From contig JAQGDQ010000016.1 in NCBI GenBank assembly GCA_030141605.1, positions 1,118,282-1,182,281 of the forward strand: 64,000 bases of DNA, written 5' to 3'. Positions 47,910 through 64,000 of this stretch are shown here, in pieces; position 1 is the stretch's first letter, and each line of letters begins with the position of its first letter. Under the pieces are notes generated by a model. It was not told the DNA's origin. It made no database searches and was given only the letters and a program-made list of their open reading frames with translations. This DNA comes from Tubiluchus corallicola (lineage: Eukaryota; Animalia; Priapulida). Both the position numbers and the translations under genes were made by a program.

Positions 47910-50375
47910 ATGTTTGACAAGAAAGTTGCTTTGTGTCTAACATTGTCCATTCTCTGGCTGCAAAGTAAGTAACTCAGCATAAAAAAGTTGTTTTTGATTT
48001 TGGTAAATTTGCTAACCTTTAGTCGTAACTCAAGCCGGTCGCCTGATAGTGATTCGACTCTCTACTATAGACTTTATAATGGTGGTCAGAAAATACTAAA
48101 TTTCAAACGTTGACTCTCACGTTTTTATATAATTTCCAGTGTACTTCAGGACCGAGTAACGTCTACACTAGCTCAGCAATTTTGGAGGAGATAGATTATA
48201 CAGACAGAAAAATACTAATTTTAGAAGTTTAGTAGAAAAGTACTAATTTTAGAAGTTTAGTAGAAAAGTACTAATTTTAGAAGTTTAGTAGAAAAGTACT
48301 AATTTTAGAAGTTTAGTAGACAAGTACTAATATTAGAAGTTTAGTAGAAAAGTACTAATTTTAGAAGTTTAGTAGACAAGTACTAATTTTAGAAGTTTAG
48401 TAGACAAGTACTAATTTTAGAATTTTAAGTTTTATGACCGTTGTTAGGCATTTTTAACGCACAGCTATAGGTCAGATCCTACCTGCTGTGTAAGCTTTGT
48501 TCGAATCGTTTCAGAGATATCGGAGAAAGAGCAAACAAACACAAACAGTCAGACAGATAAAAATTCTAAATTTTGACTCCTACAACTTTTAGATAATTGT
48601 TCATTGTATCACAATATCCAGTTGCGTCTTCACTACCTCAGGAATAGAGATAGATTTTGAAGTCAGAAAAGTACCAATCTTAGAAGTTGTTTTTATGCCG
48701 CAGGTAAGCGATCGTTGTCAGCATGGCCCCACAGTTTTTTACTGTATAACAAGTGTTCAGGCTGGCTTGGTTGCTTGCTTGGTTGGTTGGAATTGTATCA
48801 GCCGTCCCCGAGGAGTAGCGTGCAGAGGTAGGCAGGAAGGCGGGCGGACAGACAGGCGAACAGACTGATGCGACTGAGAATAAAAGTTGGCTAAGTTGTG
48901 TTGTCTAATAGGTTAATTAGAGAAATGATAAACGGTATGAAAGCAATGTCAAAGCTTGAAAAGTGCGAAGAGAGAGAAAAAAGAGAAAGAGAGAGACAGA
49001 TAGAAAGAGAAGGAGAACAGAAAAGGGAATAGAAGAGATGGTAAAATAATAATTTTTTGTAGTAAAATTAACAGGTAAGTTGCAATTTATATCTGTCTGT
49101 AACAAATTATGGCTCACCTACTGAGACGGAACTAATGTTTATTTTTGCTTTGCAGCACTGTCATATACAACCGAAGGAAGCTCATCAAATGCAAGATATG
49201 GAATCCCTTTATTAGACTTTGAAGATTACTTGCAGTGTTATGAATGTGAAGTATCGTTTCGCAAGACGTACAATACGAATGATACCTGTTTTAGTGAAGA
49301 TAGACTCATCAATAGCAGCTATTGGGTATTTTGCCCGAAAAAGTACAATACCTGCCAGGTAACTACTATAGTTATTACTAATGTGTTATATGTGGGTCTT
49401 AAACGTCATAGTTAATATCTATCCTCTGGGTAATTTGCTTATGACTGTTCTTGCAGCTTCAAATTTGCATGTTACAGACATTTCTGCAGACAAGTTCTTT
49501 ACTTTGCTGAGGTGACTTGAACTGCCCAAATTAATACTATAATTAATATTCAGCACTAAAGCAGGTTAATAGCTGAGTGGTGACGTTCGTGTGTCTCACG
49601 ACCGAAGTTACGCAACGCTACCGCCTGGGCTCGAATTCGATACTTGCCCTTGGCCATATATCACTCTCCATAGTGTTTTTGGTTGCTGGCCTTGTGCTTT
49701 TGTATCAAAACATGGCTAAGACGCCCCTTCTGGTTCAGTAGCTCACTTGGGTTGCACTTAAGGTTACTGACACGAGGTAAGACGCCGATCTCGCCATAAA
49801 CACCACCTTAAAGTGATCCCGCTGTTTAATGCTGCATTCCTGCTAGCATTGCTCCGCATTATGCAATACAATAATGTATGAGAAACTTATCATTGCTGTT
49901 GTTTTTCCGGCTAGTGAAGCGAATGATGTTGCACAACAAAGCCACGTTCACACCTCGAATTCGCTCCGGCAAATCAGAATTATACGAACCCTTGTGCAAG
50001 AGGTGACATGGTTTGGCAATTCGTCACTACACTTGCAACAAAAAGTGTTTATTTTATGCCTTTTTATTACTAATATCAAATCTAAAATTTATATCACTTT
50101 CAATTGGCATAATTATTAAAATTTATTTTACGTTATTTTTGTAGACGGAGAGAAGAGAAGTGAATGGGGTTCTTGTTCTCCTCCTGCGGAGATGTGCTAA
50201 AGAATGTGAACCTGGCTGTGAGCTGAGTGGTTATGGAGTGACAATAAAATCATGCATTTCCTGTTGTAATTCAACTCTTTGCAACGTGGACAATTTTGCC
50301 TTACTGATGTTGCCGTCCAGAACTACGATAACAGCAGTGCTGCTGATGTTGTTATATTATGAATATTTAATTTAA
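47910..50375 (+). CDS. Ly6/uPAR three-finger protein, probably GPI-anchored (162 aa; scoloptoxin-05/quiver-like group)
   Basis: Exons 47910-47964 (signal peptide), 49156-49358 (LQCYEC), 50145-50375 (CEPGC...CISCCNSTLCN plus hydrophobic tail); phases consistent; 12 Cys in the domain. Confidence 0.88.
48206..48430. repeat. 28-bp minisatellite, ~8 copies, in Ly6 intron 1
   Basis: Unit agaaaagtactaattttagaagtttagt. Confidence 0.92.
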
Positions 50376-52104
50376 TTCCATTTCGTTTTACATTTTATTA
50401 TGGAAACTGCCGTACACAGCTCATCCTTACATTATGCCCCACATTGCTGGTACCGTGCAACCGAGAAAGCACTTTGCAAAACGGTTTTATGAAATTCCAT
50501 GTAGCATGTAAAAATAGTAGAACCTCGACAATTAAATTTGTAACCAAACATACGTTAAATGCCGTAAACTCAATAATGTTTTTCAACTTGTATAAAACTG
50601 TTATAAAAATAATGTACCCTGAAAGATGTACATTTTCATGTATTATCTCGTAAGATTATGAAAGGCAGCTAACGATAATAAACTTAACTAAAGACTGCAT
50701 AAGTTGTATAGAAAATACAAATCTTAATTTTTATCAAAGTATCAATTGAGAGAAACGTTAGAATATGTGGGGATCTTTTTAAATTAATTGCTTTGTCTTC
50801 TTGTATGAAAATAACTTCACTACTTTTTTGTTGTTGTCAGTTTTTAATATATTTAATATACTTTTGCTAATAGTCTACTAACTTCTTTTAATTGAATCAC
50901 TTATGTAACTTGACTGTACACGTGTGTTCGAAAATAAATGATGTTAATAATAACAGTTTACCTGCTAGTCATAATGTTGCTGCTTCTGTTACTGGTGCTG
51001 CTGATGACGATGATAATAATAATGGTGATGACATGATGGCATGTATTATGGCACTGGCGATGATGATGACACGACTGTGATAGTGATGGTGAGAGAGACA
51101 GTGATGATGACTGAGATTATGGTGATGAAGACGATGAAGACAATGACGAACGGTGATTAATTTCTTCATTTTACTGGCAGCACCAACAATAATTTAGTTA
51201 ATTTTGAGTTCAGTTTGGTATCATGATATTATGTTATTAAACTTTAGTAATTCTATTTAGATGTAACCATATTGTAGTATCATTTTACATTAAGAAAGAT
51301 TATACATTATATTTTGTGTATACTTAATGTTGCCATAATATTTTGCGATAAATTAAACATAATTTCTTTTTCTCTATGAAAGTTAACATGTTTCCTGACG
51401 AATGCTCGCTGGTAAAAAACATTGGTGTAGCTATTGCTAAAGTGTTTGCCTGTCACGGAAAGGTGCAAAAAAGTGACATTTGAATTACTCAGCACGTATA
51501 TATTGCTAAAACTTTTGCTTGACACGGTGATGTACTGTTCAAAGTGACATTTGAATTACTCAGAGCGTATATATTGCTAAAACTTTTGCTTGACACGGTG
51601 AGGTACTGTTGAACATTTGAATCACTCACAGCGCATACATTGCTAAAACTTTCCCCTGTCTCGGTGAGGTTCTGTTGAACATTTGACTCACTCACAGTGC
51701 ATACATTGCTAAAACTTTCCCCTGTCACGGTGAGGTACTGTTGAACATTTGAATCACTCACAGCATATACATTGCTAAAACTTTCCCCTGTCACGGTGAG
51801 GTACTGTTCAACAATTGAATTACTCACAGCGAATACATTGCTAAAACTTTTGACTGTCACAGTGAGGTACTGTTGAACATTTTAATCACTCACAGCATAT
51901 ACATTGCTAAAACTTTCCCCTGTCACGGTGAGGTACTGTTGAACATTTGAATCACTCACAGCGCATACATTGCTAAAACTTTCCCCTGTCACGGTGAGGT
52001 ACTGTTGAACATTTGAATCACTCACAGCGCATACATTGCTAAAACTTTCCCCTGTTACGGTGAGGTACTATTGATTATTTGAATCACTCACAGCGCATAC
52101 ATTG

Positions 52105-54987
<2,883 letters not shown>

Positions 54988-55197
54988 CTGAAAATGAGTA
55001 ATTTGGTAATTACTACGGGGCAGGTAACTGATGACCTTTATGAACACATTAAGAGTAGATGGTAAAGAGACATTCCGAATCTCAGATACACGAATGGAGA
55101 TTTTAAGGAAAAGCTATAGCTATGCACTACCTACTGATGTAACTATTATAGGCAATGAAACCTCATTTCTATTTCTTAGAAAGTGGATGGATTAAAT

Positions 55198-55228
<31 letters not shown>

Positions 55229-56569
55229 TACTGAAAAATTTATAATGGTTGTTGTAGGTATTTAAACACTGTCAGGGCTTTATTACTCTCATATTTTTTC
55301 AACAGTGAAATTTTACTGTGTACATATAGCAAATATTATGAGAAGAATTGTACCAAAATAGTTAAAGGAAAAAGTACCAAATAGGAAAACAGGGCGATGT
55401 TTCAAACTCTGCATCATTTTGACCTATGATCTGACATATGTACTTTTTACCTGTATTGACAAGGCTATATATATATTATATAGGTTATAATTATATTAGG
55501 TTAGGTTATGTCATGCAATGCTGAGTCAAGTCTTTTGTGTTATGTAACACAAAGTCAGGTCACATTCAGATAAACTGAAACAGCTTCTATGTCTTGTTTT
55601 GTCAAACTGCACAAAGGATCAAATGCAAAAACTCAACTGTTTATATATATATTAACCTATTATATATTTGGAATTCTCACTATTTCTGAATAACAATCTC
55701 TATGCTGTTTTTGTGAATGGGCTGAGTAGTCACCGTTGCATGCAAAGTTAAACAACTCGGGGCTTAGTTGTTAAATGGATGAGTGCCTGTTGCGGAAAAA
55801 CTGCTGACGAGAGTTTCAACTTCTATTCTGCTCTGAAGTCGAGAAGTTGCATACGCATTCACATATAATTAAGACGCTTTGTCGGTTCAATGTTTTATCT
55901 TCAACGATTATATATATTTATACAAGCCAGCCAAAAATATAAAATTTTAAATGATCCTTGGTAATAAACAGCGTTCTGGCCCCGCCATGTCTGACGGTAT
56001 TCTAGCAGGGTGTAAAGTGGTTCTAAAATCAGTTCCAACGTTCTCCAACTTTAGCAGATAAGTGACCCGAATACTAGGAAGCGGTAAAAGTGCCCATGTT
56101 TTTGGATCATATCTCGCTTTAAACCAGTTTCAGCAAACCAAAATTATTGATCATCTTTTTTTGTTACTTTGCAATCTGCGTCAGAGAATTTTTGCGAAGA
56201 ATATGGCTTTGGTGGGATTGAAAAAATGCCGCTAAACAACCCTGCTTAAAACACGTGCTATACTTTACATCGAAGGCTGCTTTTTGAATTAGGATCCTAT
56301 ATTAAGTTAAAAGAACGCACAGAAGGGGCGCTAACTGGCTTGGACATCACTAATGACCACCATAGTAACAGGCGTTCCAGTGATCATTTGTTAAAGTGTT
56401 AAGAAGTGAATGATTAGGACACTCGGGATACCCATAAAGCGAATTTACAACCATCAGTCGGTTGCCGTAACTCGGACAACGGACAGCTTTAGTGCAGGTA
56501 TGTGATCAGGTGACATTTTCAGCACGCACAGCAGCTGAATGGTCACGATATGTGCTTGGGTTACGGCAT

Positions 56570-56700
56570 ACCACAGGAATAGCTCGAAGGTGCCGTCCTT
56601 GCTTCTGATGCGAGAAGTGGTGGGTTCAATTCCACGGCCGAGTCATACTAAAGACTTGAAAAATAGTACCGCATGTTCTTTGACCTAGCACGTGGAATAG
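56570..56700 (+). mobile_element. tRNA-derived SINE-like fragment
   Basis: B-box ggttcaattcc followed by gagtcatactaaagacttgaaaaatagtac body. Similar tRNA-like heads at ~36445, ~41005, ~49570 (+) and ~5980, ~62275, ~62470 (-). Confidence 0.5.
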
Positions 56701-57022
56701 TTGAAGTAACATTCGGGTAATAATAAACAATTCACAGCTTCAGTTGGAAGAATATCCTTGAAAATGAGCTAGATTCCGATCCCGTTGCAACAATCCAGAC
56801 TTTTCAGTAATGCAGCACAAATTGGTGGGCATCCTGCTAGTTTTCTAAGAAGAAACTGCAGTAAGTTAGATACATAGTTTAAGCTTACTAAATGGAGTAA
56901 AAGAACTTGTTGAATTGCAGAATTCACCAGAAGTTCTAGACCATAAATTTATCATGCTGCATTAAAGGTTAGAAATTGGTAAGTTCTGGTCTCCCCTCTC
57001 TCTCTCTCTTTCACTCTCTTCC

Positions 57023-57071
<49 letters not shown>

Positions 57072-60000
57072 ATCTCCCGCTCTTTCTCTTGCATCGCTTC
57101 ATCCTCTCTTTTTGTATCTTTCTCTCTATCCCCCTCGTACTGTCTCTCTTCTTTCTCTTCCCCCTCTCACTGTCTTCTGTTCTCCCAGTGTTCCTTTTTT
57201 CTTTTTACTGTCTTTTGCTCCCAATCCCTGTAGCAACTAAAACTTACTTCACTGTCCTTGCAAAAACGTTAAGTGAAACATGGAATCTGCTCACTGTCAA
57301 ATATAGTCATTCTAAATAAAGTGAGTACGTATTTTTTAACCTCACTTTTCTTAAACCAACAGAGGTGTTTTAGCTACTTTGTGTAAATTTGTTTATGGCA
57401 AACATCCTTTCTCATGGAAAGAAACAGCTTCTGGCAAATTAGACTAATCATTTTCGTGGCGGTCTGCTTATCTTCACAGTAGGAGCGCACTCAGCTTCTT
57501 TGCACTGAAATACCTGCTTCATCGTACTAACTAACGGTCGTGTCTCATTCTAGTCAATATACAAACAATGCCTACTTCATTAGCAGCATTACAAGTTTAT
57601 GACAATCAGCGTCACTTATTCTTGACCAGACACAGGAGTCCCTAAACGTAGGCCTTGACTAATGTTTACGTGGCAGCATCCATAGAGGTACACCCATTTA
57701 CAAGGGCCATTTTTATCATCTTTTTCTCGGCAAACTTGCATTATGTGCTAAAAACTCATCGCCCAGGACCGGATTATGACCTTCCGCGCGCCTAAGCTAA
57801 TGAAATTATGGGCCTCTATCAGATGGAGCCACCCTCTAAATCGTCCCACACCCGGTCTTGAACATTGTTTACTCGTGATATAATGCAGAGACACTTACAT
57901 AGATTAAAGTGAGCTTATTGCAATTCTTTAAATAAATTAGATTAGCATTCTTTTGTTTGTTAATAAAAATATTCTTTAAGAAATGCCAGTATTTTACTAT
58001 TTATTGCAAACCAAATTAGTACACATTTCAACATAACCGCAGTGAAACAACAGACTTTTTTACTAATGTTAAAATGGTAGCAAAGCTTGAAAGGTTGCAG
58101 CCTGTATTAGCCTATAAAATAATTCGCCCTGCTCATTACTTCTTAATTAAGTGCAGTACTGAATATTCAGTTAGGACTTTATGAAATTATAACAGACTTT
58201 TTACAGTTTAACGCTTACCTGTTATGAAAAGAGTCATCCATGTTGTAACCAAAGCTGTTATCGCCAAGCATAGTTGCATAATAACCCGTTTTTATCTTGA
58301 TGAATAAACTGCGTTATAAAATTTGCAGCAGCTGAAGGTTATTGTACAAATATTGTTGTTAATAAGCGCAAGGAACTTTCTTGTTTGCACATCATTTGTC
58401 CCATTGTGGTAAAGCTTATTTCCATGTCTTCAATAAAATATATAGCGTCACCTTAGATATTGTCACGTGTGGGTTACGCCTTTTAACGACCGAAAAAAGC
58501 GTCAACAGTAGACATGTTAGCGTGCTGTACTTTCCACAAATGAGATCTTCAGGCAATTTAGAAGTTCCACATGAACGGGCGTTCAGGTTTTGTTCGCCAG
58601 CGTCCAAGTGGATTAAGCTTAACAATTTAACGTGGCTGGGAGGGTCGAGGGAGGCGAACACAAAACAACCTTAGCCTAGACACACGTAAAACTGGCCATC
58701 ACGTTTTTAAATTATGGTAAACATGCAGAAATTGAAATCGTAGTTGTTTGAAAGCAGAATTTATTAATGAAGATTCATTTGAGCTCATATATTTCCACTC
58801 GAATACCTAATTTTATGGGTCGCATGTAGCTATAAACTAATATCACCTTTCTGGCTAGTATTACATACTCGTACTATTCTGAATTATTTTTATTTATTTA
58901 TTTATTTATTTATTTAGTAAATGTAATTCCCTTTTAGGTAAGTTTAATAAATTACTTGAATTTTTAATTTTTGCTTTTCAGGCAGACAATGGGTTTTGTT
59001 GGATGACGTAGAATGTCAAAAAGGTCACTAAGCCTTCTTTCACGATTACGTTCTACGTCTTTTAATTTAGATTTACGTCTTTGCAACTAATACGAAAATA
59101 TTTCTCACCAGCCGAATAATATTGATTGCAACAAGCTAAATCAGATTTTGACGAAACTAAGAATCAATTTTCGCCATCTTTAAAATGTAACAAATGAATA
59201 CGTTTAATTGTCGCTGATTCACAATTGAATATATTGTGCAAAATAAAATTTATTACAGGAAAAACAGTGTTAAAACTAATATATTTTTTGTAGTTTGCCA
59301 CACTAAAACGTAACATTGTGATACAAAATTAATAATTATGACTGGAATGAAAGAAGATGCGCCACGTGGTCTATGTGAAGTGCAGAAATCACAACTTGGC
59401 ATCGCAAAAATTCCAATCTTGCTTGTCATTGTCTTTACGGCTATTGTTCAATCGGAAAACTGTACTTCCTCCCAATGTTTCCTCTATTATCCACGTCAGG
59501 CACATGAACTTCACCACTGTCCTTTTTTGCTAAACACAAAAGAAACAAAATTATGTTTTATAAAACTTAAATTATTATTTTTAAAAATTACACATTCCTG
59601 ATACGCCATTTTCAAATTGCCAAAAATAATCTGTTAAACTAAATTTTGTTTTCTAAACTCTAGTTTGTAATAATTAATGCAACAATAAGTGTTTTTGGAA
59701 TGGCCGTAAAAGTTCCTTCTATAATCTATTCGTTCAATTTAATTGAAATTTATAAAAGTAGGCATTTGCGTTTTTGTGCTCGTCAGACATGCTTTTATAA
59801 TATCATGCTGATTTTGAAAAAAATTGAATCCAAATTTTATTTTTGAAGAAAATTTGAATCCAAAAAGCAAATTTTACTTTTGCACAGGCTTCACCCACAC
59901 TTTTGTGTAGCGCTTTTACTAAAACGTATTCTCGCGTTTAAAGTTGAAAAAACAAAAAAACTTAAAGCATTAAAACCAGAAAAAACGCATAAAAATTCTC

Positions 60001-60507
60001 TCTACCAACGATCGAACTATGGGCCTTCAGGTCAAAAACAAATAGTCTCATAACCGCATGATTGAGCTGTGATACAGTATCGGTTTTAAATCTTTTCAAA
60101 TTTTCCTTCCTATCAAATTGTTAATTTGATTAGTGATAATTACTCTCTGTTATTTACATAGTTTTATCTTAGCTCTAATTACTTTTCAGTGCATGCAAGA
60201 AGGACATTAATTAGCACTGAATTGCGTTATTATTGCTACACAAAAATAAAAACATTCCCATACGAAACCTTCAATTTTTTTCGAAACACTGAAGCTTGTT
60301 TCAGACATGTGACCTGGTGAACGTGCTACAAAAGTACCTGTAGAACACACCTATAATAAATAAAATAAATACGCACACGAGTTAGTTATTTAGCAACAGT
60401 CAAGAACCGTTAGTTAAAAAATAACGAGTTAATAACAACAATTTTTAACAATAAGTTAATAACACGAATTTTCCTATCTTTACTTAAGTAAATGTTTTTC
60501 TTACGTT

Positions 60508-61199
60508 TTAAAGGACAAGAAAAGGTGTACCTGAAGCAGGTTTCAGAAAAATCGCCTTAAAAAATTATATTACTTTATAGCAATTTTATGCCTATATCTT
60601 ACTCGCACTGAAAGTAATTTTGATTTGTTTTCATTTTAAATTTCCCGCAATACTATTCCGAAGTCGCCATTACATGACGTCATGCACCAAACGTAAATCA
60701 AGGGAAGAAAAGGCAATGTTAAATTATATCTCAAAAGACTTTCCGTGCAAATCTATATTACTTAGATTTTCGCTTACCTGCTAGAGAGATTTATGTAACT
60801 AGAAAAGAAAATTATTAATTATTTAAAATGTTTTCACCAATTGGTAAAATGTAGCTGACTCACCCTACAGGGTGCACCACTCACTAACAAAAAAACGTAT
60901 TTTTAATCTTATTGACAAGACATAGTAATTTTAAATTTTATTTAGTTAGTGACTTGCGCGCTACGAATGCTCTGATTATTTTTTCAAACTTTACAAAATG
61001 TTATCTAAACTTGTTTCAAATGACCTGTCGTGAAAATGGCTGCGTCTAACGGTCATCGCGGGAGTTTAAATTTACAGGTTTTATACAGCGTGACTGCCGA
61101 TTGAAGTCCTGCATGCAAAAAGGCAGCATGTAAGCGAAACAAAATTTCAAAACGAATTTTTCAAGCTTTATGTTTATGAAGGGTTCTCTTGTGCTTTAA
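60508..61199 (+). mobile_element. TTAA-flanked family B element, copy 2
   Basis: ttaaaggacaaga ... tcttgtgctttaa; homologous to 8914-9646. Confidence 0.75.
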
Positions 61200-61289
61200 G
61201 CACCACACCGCTTGATTAAGTTCTTTCGGTAGACAATGTTTTGCAGCCTATACTGCCTTATTGCACACAGATGTTATATTAGCAATAAT

Positions 61290-61682
61290 ACTGTATAAAA
61301 CATGTAAATTTAAACTCCCGCGATGACTGTTAGGCGCAGCCATTTTGACGGTAGATTGTTTGAAACAACTTTAGGTGACATTGTGTGAAGTTTGAAAAAA
61401 CCATCAGAGAATTCGCAGCGCACTCTTCTGTTACTAAACAAAAGACTTAATTACTTTACATTACCAATAAAATTAAAAATACGTTTTTGATAACTTAGTG
61501 GTGCATACTGGGCTGGTGAAACACTGACGATTTACCAGTTGGAGCAAACATTTTAAATTGCTAAAAAATTTCTTTTCTAGTTACATAAGTCCCTCAAGCA
61601 GGTAAGCGTATAGCTAAGTAATATAAGTTTGTGTGGAAAGTTTTTGTGAACATTCTTTAAAAATGTTTTTTCTTCCCCTTCA
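61290..61682 (-). mobile_element. Family B element, inverted partial copy
   Basis: Reverse complement of ~60700-61090 (e.g. tttaaactcccgcgatgac, tctagttacataa). Confidence 0.7.
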
Positions 61683-63106
61683 ACATTTTTTGCTGTTTCA
61701 AGGAAATCAATGTGCACCACACGCTTAGCACACATGGAACTAATGGAAGGAATTCAGCCAAACGAGTCAAGAACCAAACTTAGAGTCCTGGTTGCACCAT
61801 TTGAAAACTAGGGCAGAGGCGGGCCAAACTGCTGGTGAAATTGAGGAAGCGCTTTTACATCTCCCTGGATATTCTGACATTTGGCACCGCTTCACTTAAA
61901 CTTTCATAAATACTTTTTAAGAAAAAGCTTTCTTCCGATTAAAATTTTTCGTCTATAAATGGTAGTACTAAACTAGTCATCTAGATAATTTAGTAAAAAA
62001 AGCAAGCGAAGGCAATTAGCTGATCGAGCGCCCGAAGTTAAGCAACAGCTGATCCTGAGCAGTAAATGAATGGATAATCAATATGAAAATTGGTTCTGCG
62101 GCTTCTTCTGCTATATTTCCCCGGCTCTTTTCCCTGCTGAAGAGAGGTACAATCGCGTCCATCTTAGAGGGCTGTCTTCGATAATAAGCAAGATCCCGTC
62201 CAGTCACAACAATTTATAATAATCATTTGAACGCACGAAAGAATATTATATTAAAAAGTGTGAAAAATTTCAAACCACCGCTAGGACTCGAACCTAGGAC
62301 TTATGCTGTCCAGGCAGCTATACTAGCCGCTACACCACAAAGGCACTTGACCTACTTGACGGCACGTATGCTACTAGTTGTATATGAATGAGGAATTAAA
62401 GTCTACATTGTACCACATAGTACAAGATCAATTCTATGAACGCCCGAAAGCTGGTATAAATTATCCCTTCATCGGGATTCGAACTCATAACCTACAATCC
62501 GGGTTGCTAACCATTACGCCACAGAGAGATTTTTCAGAATAAAAAAAATACACTGGACGATGAAAAAGGTAACTAGCAGGTTGACCTAATTAGCAAACGC
62601 CAAAAGACAAGATATTAGACAGGTTTCCATCATTTGTAAAAAATGTGGCACATGTTTTTCCTTCCATACAGGTGCTGCCAATGAAATTAGTATTCATCAG
62701 TTTGTTAGATTTGAGTGCACGCATGCGCAAGTCAACTCAAAAATAAATGTAAAGACAAGCATAATAATTAGTAAGTTACGGAGGTAACCTTAGTCATCAG
62801 AATACCGACCAACCAAAAGCTGTACTGCCTGTAGATTTTTGCATCAGTAGATTTAGTATAATAAATGCATATTATGTTAAAAGTAATTTTTAATTTTTTT
62901 GTGCGTATGCGTTGAGAAGTTATATTTTGTAATTGAATTTTAATTTTACCTATGTAAATTTTATGTCTTTTATTCACAATTTAAAAAATTAACTCTTGTA
63001 ATAGTAGTTTAACACTATTGCCTACAACAGGCATTGAGTGGTTACACATATAGTATTTTCACGTATTTTATCACACCTGTAAATGTGTAGAACTTATGCA
63101 ATAAAG

Positions 63107-63156
<50 letters not shown>

Positions 63157-63248
63157 CACTGCTGTGATGGCAGTGCTAATCGTGCAAAGTTAACAGCGCA
63201 GTTCACAGCGGGTATTGCTCTCCTCAATTTTTCCCTAGTTCTTATGCA

Positions 63249-63948
63249 TTAAATAACAGCATATTTTAAGACTAACAATACCTGAGTGCTATTGGTTAAT
63301 CTGCCATTGTAGTATTTAGTGTTCCTGTCGTGTGGATATCGCAATTCGCCGCAGCAGCTCCTGCTTTTCAGGACAGCAATGAAACCCAACCGGAACTTCC
63401 GGTTCAGAAATCCGTACAGGACCGGATCAATCCCACTATTCGACGTGGATATCCATTGGCATATGGGTATGAGCAGTGCCAGCTGCGCATTGTTATCGGA
63501 GACAACTCCAAAATAAACAAACGCAAACGTCAAGTACAGTGGCAGCCAACTGAAGGCGAACACCATCACAACGACTAGGACCATTTTTGCAAGTTTGAGC
63601 TTCTGTTTTCGAACCAGCGTTTCCAAGTCACGTGTTTCACCAATCACGGGACGTCGTAAGACGTGCAGAAATATCAAGAAATAGCAAACACTTATGACAG
63701 CTAAGGGAACAATGTAGCACTGCAAAGCTACAACGCACAAGAAGTACCATTTTGCTGCAGCGGGATCGTGCCATCCGAATTCGCCACAAACTGACAGTAA
63801 TTGACCCTTGAATATTATATCTACGGCATCGTAATACAGCAACCAAGGAATGAAGGTCAGGCAGGAATATATCCATATAACAGCAATGAATCGTCCCGCT
63901 GCCTTCGTCGTCATCTCATACTTCATCGGATAAACAATAGAAATGTAT
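63249..63948 (-). CDS. Rhodopsin-class neuropeptide GPCR, SIFamide-receptor/NPFFR-like (post-DRY exon: TM4-TM7 and tail; gene starts beyond the window)
   Basis: Acceptor at 63950-63949 then (R)YISIVYPMK; CYIVPL (TM5), KMVLVVVMVFAFSWLPLY (TM6), QWISTSNSGIDPVLY (TM7), RKFRLGF..VLKSRSCCGELRY, which resembles SIFaR C-termini as I recall them. A CAG|GTATTG donor near 63282 could give a different C-terminus. Confidence 0.85.
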
Positions 63949-64000
63949 CTGGAAATATAAATCTCATTATTTTTGCAATACAATAATTGCCAACAGGTGT

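Noticed and set aside
58982-59031. SRCR-like snippet (QWVLLDDVECQKG) after a good acceptor on +
   Set aside because: Stops immediately and no partner exons were found; likely chance or a tiny relic.
59338-59601. Plus-strand ORF with a hydrophobic stretch; minus-strand WEEVQFSD (Tc1-like) and a possible terminal exon ending ...RKYSFPIEQ*
   Set aside because: Three incompatible readings, none with enough support to call.

Overview
AT-rich, intron-containing animal DNA, most likely a protostome invertebrate (inferred from a SIFamide-receptor-like GPCR). Hand-splicing at GT-AG junctions gives: two tandem six-exon CYP2-clan cytochrome P450 genes on + (CYP-A has a broken exon 3; CYP-B is intact, 497 aa); a complete seven-exon Wnt8 gene on - (336 aa); a tRNA-Ile(AAU); a three-exon Ly6/three-finger, probably GPI-anchored gene on +; a convergent single-pass membrane-protein gene with a Cys-rich ectodomain and PY motifs on -; and the post-DRY exon of a SIFamide/NPFF-type receptor. 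The rest is TE debris (LINE RT fragments, hAT and TTAA-flanked non-autonomous elements, tRNA-derived SINE heads, a Penelope-like end with a hammerhead core) plus micro- and minisatellites. The most intriguing item is the membrane protein's ectodomain: its Cys spacing and K-C-x4-C-x-C-Y end match scorpion alpha-KTx/CS-alpha-beta toxins, and it lies tail-to-tail with the Ly6 gene. Two minisatellites were also seeded exactly on a splice donor and on a stop codon. All calls are by eye; no searches were run.
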